This document shows, piece after piece, positions 1 to 11,729 of a DNA stretch of 64,000 nt. Below the pieces are notes generated by a model. That model was not told where the DNA came from. It searched no databases and saw only the letters and a program-made list of their open reading frames with translations. The stretch spans positions 34,100,001 through 34,164,000 of the forward strand of contig NC_043001.1 of the NCBI RefSeq assembly GCF_006345805.1, read 5' to 3'. A program made the position numbers and the translations under genes. The DNA comes from Octopus sinensis (Eukaryota). Position 1 is the first letter of the stretch. Each line of letters opens with the position of its first letter.

Positions 1-450
1 GTGAGTGAACCAGCGGTGTGAAGTAAACAATCTTTAAATCAATTAAAATGTGTTTAGGCTATTGCTGTCATGCAAAAAGGTACCCCTACTACGGTTTGCC
101 ATGGAGAAAAATTATCTCTCTCACTCTCCTCTCTCTCCTCACGCACACACACACACACACAAACGAGCGCGCGCGCACACACACACACACACATATATGT
201 ATACATAAACATGAAAACGTTTATACACACATGTATATAAAGATATAGATGTTTTGTGTCTATATATATGTATTTGTGTGTGGGCGTGGGTGTGATCTGT
301 CTGTCTGCATTTATGTATGTACGTACGCATGTATCTATCTATCTATCTATCAACTTAAACGTGTTCAGACACCCATGCGAGCACACACACTCAGGCATAT
401 GCACACATATGCGCGCACACGCACTCACACACGTACACATACACCGATAA

Positions 451-742
451 ACCTTTTCAAGCCTAGCCAGGCTCATGGGCCCGGTTTCTGTGGCGTATGT
501 GTTCATCCCAGCTGGACGGGATGCCAGTCCATCGCAGCATTACTCAAGAAACTGGAACAGAGAGTGAGAGAAAGTTGTGGCGAAAGAATACAACAGGGGT
601 CAACGCTACCCACTGCCGGTGCCTCGTGGAGCTTATAGGTGTTTTCGCTCAATAAACACACACAACGCCCGGTCTGGGAATCGAAACCGCGATCCTTCGA
701 CCACGAGTCCGCTGCCCTAACCACTGGGCCATTACGCCTCCA
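451..742 (-). mobile_element. tRNA-derived SINE, family A (further copies ~12800-13100 +, 30428-30745 +, 42491-42660 +, 45128-45232 -)
   Basis: Reverse strand starts TGGAGGCGTAATGGCCCAGTGGTTAGGGCAGCGGACTCG...GGTTTCGATTCCC (Pol III A/B-box-like tRNA head); the same head recurs at several loci. Confidence 0.8.
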
Positions 743-1044
743 CACATACGCATACACGCAAACAAATAACTTTACAGTTCCGCCTATTTTAACAAAAATA
801 TTTATTTTGGCAAAAAACCAAATAAACAGCGTCATAACAAGCGTGTTAAGAATCTCTGAGATTCCTCGTTGCATTTCTTAACATTTCAAACATTAGGCAA
901 AATCATAATGTTTCACTTGGCCTCGTTAGATTGAGAAATATTCAAAGACTTTGAAGTCGCTTGACCTGTAAAGGTCAGATACTGTCGCACTTCCTAGATC
1001 CAAAAGTCTACTTCACACACAACCGTTTACGGGAAACGTATACT

Positions 1045-1121
<77 letters not shown>

Positions 1122-1124
1122 ATG

Positions 1125-1155
<31 letters not shown>

Positions 1156-1420
1156 AATATATATATATATACATATATATGTAGAGAGACAGACTAAGAT
1201 AAATATCTGTGTGTGTTGTGTGTGCTTGTGTGTATTATATACATATATATATATGTACATACACACACTCGCATGTATGTATGTATGGATATATATATAT
1301 ATATATATATGTTTGTGTGTGTGTGTATATATATATATATGTGTGTGTGTCTGTGCATACACACACATACACACATACAACGCACAAACATACACACACA
1401 CAGATATACACGCATGCATA
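1045..1420. repeat. Compound (TA)n/(TG)n/(CA)n microsatellite
   Basis: Direct reading; source of the Y/I/C/V-rich pseudo-ORFs. Confidence 0.95.
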
Positions 1421-1659
1421 CACACATGCTCTATCGTTTTAAATCTCAGATGTTTATTTCTTAGAGTAAACAGGGGAGGACGACTTCAGTATATTTTGAG
1501 AATTAATGTTATTCAAATTATTCCACATAACTTCAAGCTTTCTACTGTCCCCAACATTTTGGGGCTTTAAGGCCAGTAAAAGAATTGATGGTTATTATTA
1601 TTATTATTATTAGTACTGTTATTTTATCATTATTATAATTGCAAATATTATTATTATTT

Positions 1660-1810
1660 CGCTAATGCATGCTAATTTAGTTAGGAGGTATTTTATCTAG
1701 ATGTTTGGCGACAACCAGTCTCCTCAAATCTGAAGAATCTCTCTTCAGATATGATGGCATTTTTCTGTAAGTTGACAATGCAAGCTTCAGTTCCAATTTC
1801 TCTGTCTTTC
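1660..1810 (-). mobile_element. 3' tail of an RLE-type non-LTR retrotransposon (separate family from the one at 1830-3830)
   Basis: Minus frame reads ...IVNLQKNAIISEERFFR, resembling the LQKxxxxGTARILR terminal motif; ends in a (TAA)n tract. Confidence 0.45.
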
Positions 1811-1829
1811 AGCTAGCATTTTGAGTATT

Positions 1830-3830
1830 GTGCTATTGTTATTATTATATGTTTGGCTTTTGCTTTGTTTTTGTACAAGTTGACTCCAAGTCTCACCCAG
1901 AAACCTCAAGGGACAACAAGTTAGAAGTTCAACTTGATGTTATCACTAGGGTGCCATTTATTTGGTTTTACACAGAGTATTGCCCTAGCGAATGTCTGTC
2001 AAGCATAAGTAAATTTAGAAGTTTGTTTTAAAAGTAATTTGATTGTAAGATAGTCTGATGTTAAAATGACAGTAAAAAGTGTTTGCTGTCATGTAAATTT
2101 TAAAATATTTTGACACTATAAAGTGATGGTTTGTTATCAACTGAATGTGGAAGTCCCAAGGAAGGGAAGGATGCTACTGCTATTTAGCCCCAGGAAACAC
2201 CGTTTCCAGTTGGCTATGTGACACAAGCGTATTGTGTCCTTTTGTTTTCCAACAGGGAAGATAAGCATTTCCACCCAGCAAAGCCAGCACTCAGAGACTA
2301 GTTTTTGAGTCATTGCTCTTCATCAGTCTGGAGTAGCTTGGCTTGCTAGATGTCGATGCTTATTTACTTTTGAAAACATAAAGAATTTCAAGTGGAATAA
2401 ATTTACTGATATACAAAATTAGAAATATTGCATTTCTAAATGTCTCGGTGGAGGTGCTTATCTCCCTTGTTTGAAAACATAAGGACACAACTGGAAACGG
2501 TGTTTCCTGGGGCTAAATAGCAGTAGCATCCTTCACTTTCCTGGGACTGCCACATTAAGTTGGCAACAAACCATCACTTTATCGTGCTGCTACTGTATAA
2601 ATTTCTCGGAGACATTTAGGAATGTAATATTTCTTATTTTGACACTGTCTATGTATTAAAATATTTTGGGGATTACATAGATAATATTTTACGTAGGAAA
2701 TAGGCAGTTCCCATGAGCACTTTCTGCAATTTTTTGATTTCTTGATATCTGAACTAAGCAGCAATCACCCCATTTTGCTATCATTCTCAGGGCACCTACG
2801 ACAACAGGTATTGTTTTAGTCTTGTGGTTCCACATTTTGCCAATTTCCATTTCAAGATCTTTATATTTGCTCAGTTTTTGGTAGGTCTTGACAGATACAT
2901 TTATGTCGATTGGGACAGTCATATCGATAAGGAGGCATGATTTTTGTCTGAAGTCCTTGAAAATAATGTCTGGCTTATTTGCATCTTTCTGTCAGTTTGA
3001 ACGGTGAAATTTCAAAGGAGTGAGATGTGATCATTTTCAAGCACTGCCGGTGGTTTGTGTTCGCTCCAGTTTTTACCATGGGGCAGGTCCAAGTCTTTGT
3101 AAATTACCCAGTGAATATACTGTGCTGCTCTATCATGCCTGTTGTGATACTCTGTAGGTATAAGAAGAGTGCACATAGAAACAAGATGACTAATAGTTTC
3201 ATTTTGTTGTTTATATACACGGTATGTTGGGCTACTGCCGTTCTTTAAGACGTTGGTCTGGTAACCTCTTGTAGACAGGCATTGATCTTGGGCTGCTATG
3301 ATAAACATTTCTGACTCTGATTTTAAACCAAAAGACATTAACCATGGATGGATGGATAAGGGCTTTATCAACGCCGGCATTATTAACTCTCTTAGGGTAT
3401 TTGCCATTGAGAGGTTTTCCTTGCTATTGAGAGGTTTTTCTTGCTGTTGAGAGGTTTTCCTTGCCATTTATCAGTAAGAATATTTAAGGCAGCAGTTTTA
3501 GCCCACGTTTTCAACAGCACAAGTTTTCAAACGCTTAGCTTTTTCTGTGCTTGTTTCCAGTACGTCTAATTCTGGAATTTGTTGTATTTGGAATTCACTT
3601 AGATATTTCTTTGCCTGTTTTGTTACTGAGTATGATGCTTTCTTGTTTTCATGCTTTAAAACAAATTTTAACATCCAGTCATCAGAGTTTTTCAGATAGT
3701 GTTTAGGCCGATTATGGCAATCTTCATTGTTAATTCCAATTGTAAAAAGTCCACGGCCACCCATTTTTCAAGGCAGGTAAAGTCCTTCTATATCTGCCTT
3801 AGGATGGTGCATTCTACGATGCTCCTCACT
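1830..3830 (-). mobile_element. Degenerate R4/Dong-like RLE non-LTR retrotransposon, 3' ~2 kb, interrupted at ~2036-2668
   Basis: HHPKADIEGLYLPxKMGGRGL, zinc-knuckle region (ETISHLVSMC...RHD), IDMTVPID and KLSKYKDLEMEIGKMW...IPVVVGAL in ORFs 3498-3764, 3012-3467 and 2689-2922; 3' UTR matches copies at 22100-22311 and 23910-24098. Confidence 0.85.
2036..2668 (-). mobile_element. Non-autonomous Penelope-like insertion with ~94-bp inverted arms (2119-2212 / 2488-2581) and a decayed hammerhead motif
   Basis: The arms are near reverse complements; minus strand 2335-2288 reads CAGA-CTGATGA-AGAG-caatga-CTC-AAAAAC-TA-GTC-TCTG. Confidence 0.55.
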
Positions 3831-4081
3831 ACTTCTGCTCGTGATGAGAGATGCACACATCGTCAGCCGTTAAGGGACATGCTCAACTGGTTAAGGTCAA
3901 ACAACTGACAAGCAAAACTGTGGTATTGAGCAGAATATTTGCTGTAGCCCATTTTCTATTATTATTATCTTTTTATCACAGATCTTGTTGGAGCTCCTGC
4001 TGTCTTGCATACGTAGTGGGCTTACTACCTGCAGCCTATGGTTCCATGATATTCGCTCTTTTCAGCTATCTATTACTTTCC

Positions 4082-4108
4082 TGATTATTATTATTATTAT
4101 TATTGTTA

Positions 4109-4170
<62 letters not shown>
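4082..4170. repeat. (TTA)n microsatellite
   Basis: Direct reading. Confidence 0.95.
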
Positions 4171-4172
<2 letters not shown>

Positions 4173-4384
4173 TGAAAGCGGCACTCTGTCATACAGACAT
4201 GGACGTAAAAACGACACGCATTCATTTTTATATATAAAACCGGGCGTCAAATTAACACATACAATCATATCGTGTCCTATCCTTTAAAAGAATGTAGGTT
4301 CAAATTTGAGGACAGCCTACATCTGAGTATAAGGATCTTTCATACCAAGTTTGAACGTTATTGGTTGATTGGTTTTTGTGTGCA

Positions 4385-4780
4385 TTGGTGGGTGTGTGGT
4401 AAGTAGCTTGCTTACCAACTACATAGTCCCGGATTCAGTCTCACTGCGTGGCATCTTGGGCAAGTGTCTTCTACTATAGCCTCGGGCCGACCAAAGCCTT
4501 GTGAGTGGATTTAGTAAATGGAAACTGAAAGAAGCTCATAGTATATATGATATATATATATAAGTGTGTCGTGTATGTTTGTGTGTCTGTATTTGTCCCC
4601 CTAGCATTGCTTGACAACCGATGCTGGTGTGTTTACGTCCCCGTCACTTAGCGGTTCGGCAAAAGAGACCGATAGACCGAAGTGCTAGGCTTACAAAGAA
4701 TAAGTCCCGGGTCGATTTGCTCGACTAAAGGTAGTGCTCCAGCATGGCCGCAGTCAAATGACTGAAACAGGTAAAAGAGT
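4385..4780 (+). mobile_element. tRNA-derived SINE, family C, with microsatellite-linked tail (other copies or parts ~13235-13690 -, 20265-20560 -, 25645-25810 +, 27440-27640 +, 34680-34840 +, 36000-36180 +, 36735-37020 -, 37300-37470 -, 44800-45125 +, 59000-59340 -, 60880-61260 +, 63340-63490 -)
   Basis: Recurrent GTGTGGTAAGTAGCTTGC...GGTTCAGTCCCACTGCGTGGCACCTTGGGCAAGTGTC...GGAAACTGAAAGAAGCCCG head and GCGGTTCGGCAAAAGAGACCGATAGAATAAGTACTAGGC tail. Confidence 0.85.
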
Positions 4781-5026
4781 ATATATGTGTGCGTGTGTGT
4801 GTGTGTGTTTGTGTGCGTGCGTGCGTATGTTTGTGAGTGTGTATCATGTGTAAGTATGACTATGTAAATAAATAGGAGGAAGAGAACATCACTATATAGC
4901 CATGTATGCGTGGGAGAAAGTATGAAATTTAAAAAAATGTATACACATATATGCACACATACAGAGAGAGTGAGAGGGAGAGAGAGAGGGAGAGAGACAT
5001 ACATACAGAGAGAGAGAGAGAGAGAG

Positions 5027-5059
<33 letters not shown>

Positions 5060-5144
5060 AAGATAGAGAGAGAGATACGCACACATACAGAGAGATAGAG
5101 AGAGAGATACGCACACATACAGAGAGATAGAGAGAGAGATACGC

Positions 5145-5177
<33 letters not shown>

Positions 5178-5911
5178 CAGACAGACAGACACACACACAC
5201 ACACACAGAGGTAGACAGAGAGGGCAAGATACACAAACATATAGATAGATAGAGAGATAGAGAGAGGTGGGGGGAAGAAAAAAATCAGAGGAGTGTGTTG
5301 GGAATAGAAATTAAGTAGAAAGAATCAAAACATCTTTACATATGAATAAACTGTAAAAGTAAGCTTTTATTTTTTTCTTCTGATTTTAGTCAAAGGATTT
5401 CAAGTATGATCATTAATTAAGTTAATTCGTAATTAACCGTTAATTGGAGTGGTACAAATTAAATTGCCATAAAATTAATCCTCTAGGCAAACAGGAAAGA
5501 CAAGTATAGGTTGTTTATGAAGTTTTCTCACATCTGCTTATCATTTTCTTAGAATCCTCTGAATTTCTCAGATCTCAACTCTCTCTCTCTCCTCTCTCTC
5601 TCTTTACGGATATAGCAGAGTGCCGATGGCCGTGTTGGTTGGATTACTGACTGCGAACTCTGAAATCAGTCTGTTCGTGTCCTGTTCCCGTCATCGGCTT
5701 CTATCTTATGACAGGATATTTATATATGGTCAAAGATATTTCAGCAATGATCATCATATTTTTAAGCTGTATCCATTGCTCAGTATGTAATTTCTCTTTT
5801 AAGAGACTAAAATGTAGTCTGAGGGAATTTTAGCTGCCGCTTTTAGCAGACAGAGTGACTACATAAACAAAGACTGGACATCTTTTTAGTATCAAGGGAA
5901 AACTGCAAGCA

Positions 5912-6510
5912 TTGGGTTGGACATAAAGTCTGTTCGGTTTTTTAAGCGAAAATAATACAAGTTTTAAACACAAAGCTATCTATTCAATCAATGATATAAT
6001 TACCGTTTCGTTCCAGTATTTTCTGCCATCTTATGGGCAGATCCATTACTTCCTACTCAAAGAATTTCCTGTCTTTATCAACACTCCCTTCAAAAGAGAA
6101 TCGTTTTCTTCACGTTTCTGTAACGAATCGTAGATGGAAATCCGTTCGGTGAGGTTAACTGCATTCAATTGATGTGAGACCCAAACATCGAACCTGCTGA
6201 CGTAACGAAATTAATGTAGATGGTTTTCAACAATTGATTTGGATATTTGGGGAATATCTGCGATCACTCTGGTCGTATAACGGGGATTTGTATTAATCTT
6301 TAGGCTGGTCAGAGCATGGTGCATCTTGGACTGAAATATTTCCCGATCGAAATCTTGAAAAATATTTCTGGCACATACGTTCCTTAACAGCATCCTCTCT
6401 GTACTCAGCCCATGTCTTCCTGCAGGTTTCCGCCGCTTTCTTGCTCTTAAAAAAATAAGCGTATCTCCTCCGGAGCAACGCCTTTTCCATTTTGTTTGCT
6501 AAGACCATGA
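5912..6510 (-). mobile_element. Internally deleted mariner transposon
   Basis: TIR-like TTGGGTTGGACATAAAGT; minus frames give KKAAETCRKTWAEYREDAVKERMCQKYFSRFRSGNISVQDAP and WVSHQL (mariner WVPHEL). Confidence 0.8.
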
Positions 6511-6629
6511 GGTGATCTATTCCACTCCATAATGTAATATCGTACCACAGCAGAACCCTGCTTACTGGCGACTGCCATCTCCAATAATATTAAACAAATA
6601 ATCATATCCTTATGTGTGTGTGTGTGTGA

Positions 6630-6663
<34 letters not shown>

Positions 6664-6841
6664 ATGTATGTATGTATGTATGTATGTATGTGTGAAGAGA
6701 ACACTGAACCGAGTGTTAGTAGACGGTCAGGTGGGGTTATAAGTCAGTTCGGGCTGTCTTAAAGATAGGAACATACGTCCAATACAAAAGAACTTAAAAA
6801 TCACCCATACACAGAGACATGTACACAGACATATTAGCATA

Positions 6842-7500
6842 TTCGAGGTGGTATCAAAAGTAGCCGGACTAGCTCAGTAGCGCACCAACAGATGGCAGCA
6901 CACGGTTACGTTCGCAGTGAGAGTTAGCAGTGACTTTCATGAGGCAGTGTGCCGAGTGACATCGCTGTGTTTACTTCGTAAGTTGTGAAATTTGTATTTA
7001 TGTGATCACGTATATGCTGCGATTTCGTCATGGACGGGAACAAAAGAGCCAACGTGAAATTTTGCTTTAACCTTGAAAAGTCTGCTACAGAGACATTGAG
7101 CATACTTCAGAAAGCTTACGGCGGCGAGGCAATGGGTCGTACGCAATGTTTCGAGTGGTGGGGGCGCTTCAAAAACGAAAGAAGTCCCCGGAAGACAATG
7201 CGTGATCTGGAAGACCTACCACGAGCTTCAACCTCGGAAATGTGGTATTGTGCTTCGAAAATTCGTCCCCCAGGGCCAGATCGTCACCAGAGAGTTCTAC
7301 TGTAGCGTTTTCAAGTGTTTGAGGGAGGACATTCGGCGAAAGCGACCGGGTTTGTGGAGCGCGAAGAATTGAATTCTTCACCCTTACTTTCTCCTTACAC
7401 GTGAGTTTCTTGCCAATAACAACATGGTATCGCTTCTGCACCCGCCCTATTCACCACCTGCGGACTCCCATCACTTCCCCAAGATGAAAAGGCAGATCAA
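6842..7500 (+). mobile_element. Internally deleted mariner (irritans-like) transposon
   Basis: RANVKFCFNLEKSATETLSILQKAYGGEAMGRTQCFEWWGRFK at 7030; later FVPPGQ..EFYCSV..LREDIRRKRP and PPYSP; TIR-like TTCGAGGTGGTATCAAAAGT. Confidence 0.85.
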
Positions 7501-7529
7501 AGGGTATTTCATTGAGAATATGTCTAGTC

Positions 7530-7614
7530 CACTTCCCAACATTCTTATTTAAACGAGTTTTCCTACGGAACCCTTTTAATATGCTTATTCTTATATATAT
7601 ATATATAATATATA

Positions 7615-7653
<39 letters not shown>

Positions 7654-7732
7654 TTTGAATTTAGTTCACTGACCCCTAGTTCTACCTTTGCGGACCACCA
7701 GGCGTCCGCAGATCCCAGGTTAGGAACCACTG
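7530..7732. mobile_element. hAT (Buster/Charlie-like) MITE with 8-bp TSD
   Basis: GTCTAGTC duplicated at 7522-7529 and 7733-7740; right end GTTAGGAACCACTG, degenerate left end CACTTCCCAAC. Confidence 0.7.
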
Positions 7733-8204
7733 GTCTAGTCGAATATTAAAAATCATGCTAGCATCATCACTGAATATTATTGAATAACGATCTCTTGAAA
7801 ACAAAATGCTTACGGAGAATCTATTTGATGAATGTTTTTGTCGACATTAAATCTAAAGTTATGGAACGGTTGTAATCTTTATCTAGGGCTGTGTGATTAA
7901 GAAGCTCGCATCGCGGTTTCTTGGTTTCGGGTTCAGTCTCACAGAGCAGTACGCTGGGCAAGTGACTTCTACAGTTGTACCGGGCTGACCATGTTTTATG
8001 AAGGAATTGGGCAGACAGAAATTGTGCAGAAGCTTGTAGTATATGTGCGTTTCTCTTTTGCCACATAACAACCGGTGTCGGTTCGTTTATATCACCGTAA
8101 CTTTGCTGTTCCGTAGCAGAAAGAAAACTTTACAATGCATATCAATCTTAAAATAAGTACTGGAAGAATTGATAGACTAAATTTTCAAGGCAATGACTGA
8201 ACGA

Positions 8205-8240
<36 letters not shown>

Positions 8241-8275
8241 ACACATACACACACACGCATACATACATACATACA

Positions 8276-8303
<28 letters not shown>

Positions 8304-8306
<3 letters not shown>

Positions 8307-8512
8307 GAGGGGGTGCTGAAAAGTTCCTGGCTTTGGGTAAAAGAAAATACAGTATGATCAGTTAATGAATTTATCCAACATATTCCCCTCTCAAATTCAC
8401 ACACTTATTGCAGTGGTCCTTCAGTTATTCCAAGCCCTGTAAAACAATTCAGGTTGGGCCTTCAGCCAGGCTTTTCGCGACACTCTTAAATCCAAGAACT
8501 TTTCATCATTCT
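8304..8512. mobile_element. Mariner-type MITE
   Basis: TATGAGGGGGTGCTGAAAAGTTCCTGG at left, CCAAGAACTTTTCATCATTC at right (imperfect TIR). Confidence 0.65.
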
Positions 8513-8697
8513 CTCTCTCTCTCGCGCGCGCGCACGTGTGTAAATATTCACCACCCTATATAATTTTACGAATGTGATTTCAGCTTTTCGAAGTTCGGTT
8601 CGGTATTTCTCTTGCGCGGTGAATTTCGAAAAATTATAATATATAATGATGAGACACTTGTTATTTGTCTCTAAATTATATGTTAATTGTTAAGGCG

Positions 8698-8768
8698 CGG
8701 TTACTGATGAGGATTCGCCTTGCAAATTATTTTATTTGCTAAAATAATCTGAAACCTAGGTATGACCG
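8698..8768 (+). ncRNA. Type I hammerhead ribozyme (canonical core) in a solo Penelope-like terminal repeat (~8540-8910)
   Basis: Stem I CGGTTA/TGACCG; CTGATGA 8704-8710; stem II GGATT/AATCT with inner GCAAAT/ATTTGC hairpin; GAAA 8751-8754; stem III palindrome ACCTAGGT; GTA cleavage triplet ending at 8762. Confidence 0.75.
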
Positions 8769-8949
8769 TAAAAAAGTAACAAGGTAAAAGTTTTTATTTT
8801 TCATTCCCTTCGAAAATTGCTCTCAAAATGTGGTTTTGGTCGTTTTGACTGCTTCTTCTAGCGTGTAAAAATTACCTATTAAAAGTAGTTTTCTCTTGTG
8901 TTTAAATGTACACTATTTTATATATATATATATATATACATACACTTCT

Positions 8950-9115
8950 CCCCTTTTTTTCTCTCCTTGTTTTTTTCTGAGTACCTTTCTGTAGAAGAGC
9001 GTAGGCTCGAAACGTAAAAGACTTTTTCTATTCCTGAGCGCTATACTAATACATCTGTTTGTTTTGTACACCACCTGTCTTCGTCTTTTGTTTATTTTCG
9101 TAAACTTGCCCTTTA
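8950..9115 (+). mobile_element. Short interspersed repeat (second copy 16725-16900) carrying a minimal hammerhead-like motif
   Basis: Near-identical copies; CTTT-CTGTAGA-A-GAGC-gtag-GCTC-GAAA-CG-TA-AAAG at 8985-9020 and 16775-16810. Confidence 0.65.
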
Positions 9116-9679
9116 TACATACACATAACTTATTTTTTGAACTGCTGAAAAAATATGCATTATTCACGTGACATTATAATTGCTTTTATAATTATTTTTC
9201 TAGAACAATCCAATGAAATTATAATTATTATATAACTCAGTCTATATAAATGCAATCCATATGATTTGAAACCAACTTGCTAAATGTCAATGCAACAAAT
9301 CCTTGGCTTTTAAGTCACTCTGTAACTTCTGCCGATTACGCGCGCGCGCGTATATGTCTGTGTGTGTGTTGCTTTGGACGTACAGATGAATGAAGAAAAA
9401 AATATTCAATACATAAAGTTGACTTTATTCATTCCTTTGAAGCTGATGCTTCATTCCTTTTTGGTATCAAATTTTTAAAAAAGTGAAGAACGTATGAGAA
9501 ACTCGGAGTAGCAAAGGAATGAAACCTCAGCTTGAAAGAATGTATATATTACAGTATATATGTTTTTATAATGAATTAATTACGTACGTGAAAGTAGCTT
9601 CATATATGGCTGCCCTTTTTGAATAAAATTTTAAAAAGTCATTTTAAGTAATAATTGCTTCAAATTATGGGCAACGACA

Positions 9680-10115
9680 ACAATCTTTAGGTTTGGGTAG
9701 CATGTCGATCAGATCCACTCCACTGGTCAATTGGTACTTATTTTATCGATTTCTGAAAGGCTGAAAGACAAAGTCGACCTCAGCGGCATTTGAAGTTATA
9801 ACAAAAAGAGCCAAAAGATGTGTCGCTAAAACGATTGTGTTGAACGACGCGCTGACGATTCTGCTTGCTCACTGCTTTGTTTTATTTAGTTATTGTTTCT
9901 ATTACAGGCAGAAGGCCTGAATATTTTTGAGGAGAAGGGTAAGTCGATTACATCAATTTCACTGCTCGTTGGAACTTATTTTCTTCGACCTCGAAAAGCT
10001 GAAAGGCGAAGTCGACCTCAGCGGAGTTTGAACTCAGAACGTAAAGACAGACGAATTGCTGCTAAGCATATATCGTCCAGACTACTAACGATTCTGTCAG
10101 ATCTCCGCCTCATTC
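9680..10115 (-). mobile_element. Two diverged copies of tRNA-derived SINE family D (others ~18120-18290, 21500-21735, 22330-22520, 24450-24665, 27690-27810)
   Basis: Shared GTTCAAATTCCGCCGAGGTCGACTTTGCCTTTCATCCTTTCGGGGTCGAT...AAGTACCAG core on the minus strand. Confidence 0.75.
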
Positions 10116-10136
10116 TATTTAATAATAATAATAATG

Positions 10137-10193
<57 letters not shown>

Positions 10194-10994
10194 TCACATA
10201 CTCAGAATTAATTACAAATTAATTATTGATCACGTGTACATACAGCAAACATATTTCATTCTTGAGTGTGACACATCCTATAATATTAAACTTGATATTT
10301 TCCTCCTAGATTCCATGACCATTTTAGGATGTCAATGCATAAAATCATGTCCTCATTGACATTGAGGATCATCTGAAAACGTAGAATCTCTGCCTAAGTG
10401 AGTAAGTGCTGCAACATCTGTCTAAAAATGGCATTTTGGTTATTTGTACATTACAGGCAAGAAACAAATCTTGAGTCACAACTCGAATGTTACATTCTCT
10501 TAGTGGCCAAAATAGTTTCAAGTTTCATAGTTCTGGCAAGATCCGGTATCATTCATGGAAGCTACATGATCCAACGAAGTTGTCTGTCAATTGTATGTTT
10601 AATGATTCACCCCAAATTGTCCAATCAAAAACGGGGATGGATAACCATGTATATCTATCAATCGTTATTATTATTATTGTTTAGGCCCAGTTCAGCTCAA
10701 ACCAAGTAAACCAGGCTCAAAGACGAGCCATCATTGGTTATCCTATTTTTCTTCGTAGATTATTCAATGTGTCTGTATTGTTTTTCAATGCGGTAGGATG
10801 TAATCTGAATGCAGATTTTGCTGCTATTTCTACCAAACAACCTTGCGGTTCTTATCATGTTGGTCAGCTTTTATACCTGTTTCATCAGGATTCCTCAATT
10901 AGGCTTCAGGTAGGTTTTATAAAGTCAAGCATTTGAAGTTTGAAAAAATTTCTTACAAGCGACAAACGAAATTGATACTGTAAAGTATCATCCG

Positions 10995-11033
10995 GTTTTG
11001 TCCTTTAATGATGACGATGATGAAGATGATAAC

Positions 11034-11089
<56 letters not shown>

Positions 11090-11150
11090 CGATGACGACG
11101 ATGATGATGGTAGTGATGGTGCTGATGACGAAGGCAATGATGACGAAGCA
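10995..11150. repeat. (GAT)n/(GAC)n microsatellite
   Basis: Direct reading; explains the poly-Ser ORF 10988-11371. Confidence 0.9.
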
Positions 11151-11434
11151 GAAAAAAAAAACAATTTCTGAATTATAAATTTATCGATGGAAATATATGG
11201 TAAGTGCTGATAATACCGGTGCCCACTTTTGTTAAACGTCGCGCATGCGCACTCAACAGCTATACACACACGAGCACATATGCGCATTCGTATGCTATTG
11301 TGTTCGTATATATATATATATATAAAAAAATATATATATATTGAAGGAACGTGATACGTTATATTCTGCACGACGACACATGATCAGAAAACATACTTAT
11401 AGACGTTTGCATTAGCAAATTCGGAATAGTTTAC

Positions 11435-11699
11435 TCATCGACGCAGTCATCCACCCGAATGTAGCACGATTCATTTGCGACCTTGCATTTCACTTGACCT
11501 GCCCTCTGGTGACTTTTTACCCCGTACAGTGTGCATGTTTGTTGACCCCACTTTTGGAAACAAAACCCTTGGCAAGTCGCATCCGCCAGACATAGTCGGC
11601 CGCAGTCCACAGCATGGAACGCCTTGAAACTTCGCTGCCGCGATGACAGGGACCAATCCGATTTGGCCTTCTTGAAACTCTGTGAATATTGGCAGCTAT
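11435..11699 (-). CDS. Exon encoding a PAN/apple domain (third identified exon of the lectin gene)
   Basis: Strong acceptor TTTTTTCTTTACAG at 11700; DCGRLCLADATCQGFCFQKWGQQTCTLY fits the PAN C-x3-C-x5-C...C pattern; ends either at a GTAAAC donor (11434) or at the in-frame TAA at 11431-11433. Confidence 0.8.
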
Positions 11700-11729
11700 C
11701 TGTAAAGAAAAAAGAAAATATATGTAGAA

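Noticed and set aside
7821-8071. Two minus-strand ORFs in apparently unique sequence
   Set aside because: They overlap a diverged SINE C copy on the plus strand
10988-11371. Ser-rich ORF as a possible last exon of the lectin gene
   Set aside because: It is a (GAT)n microsatellite and I found no phase-compatible acceptor
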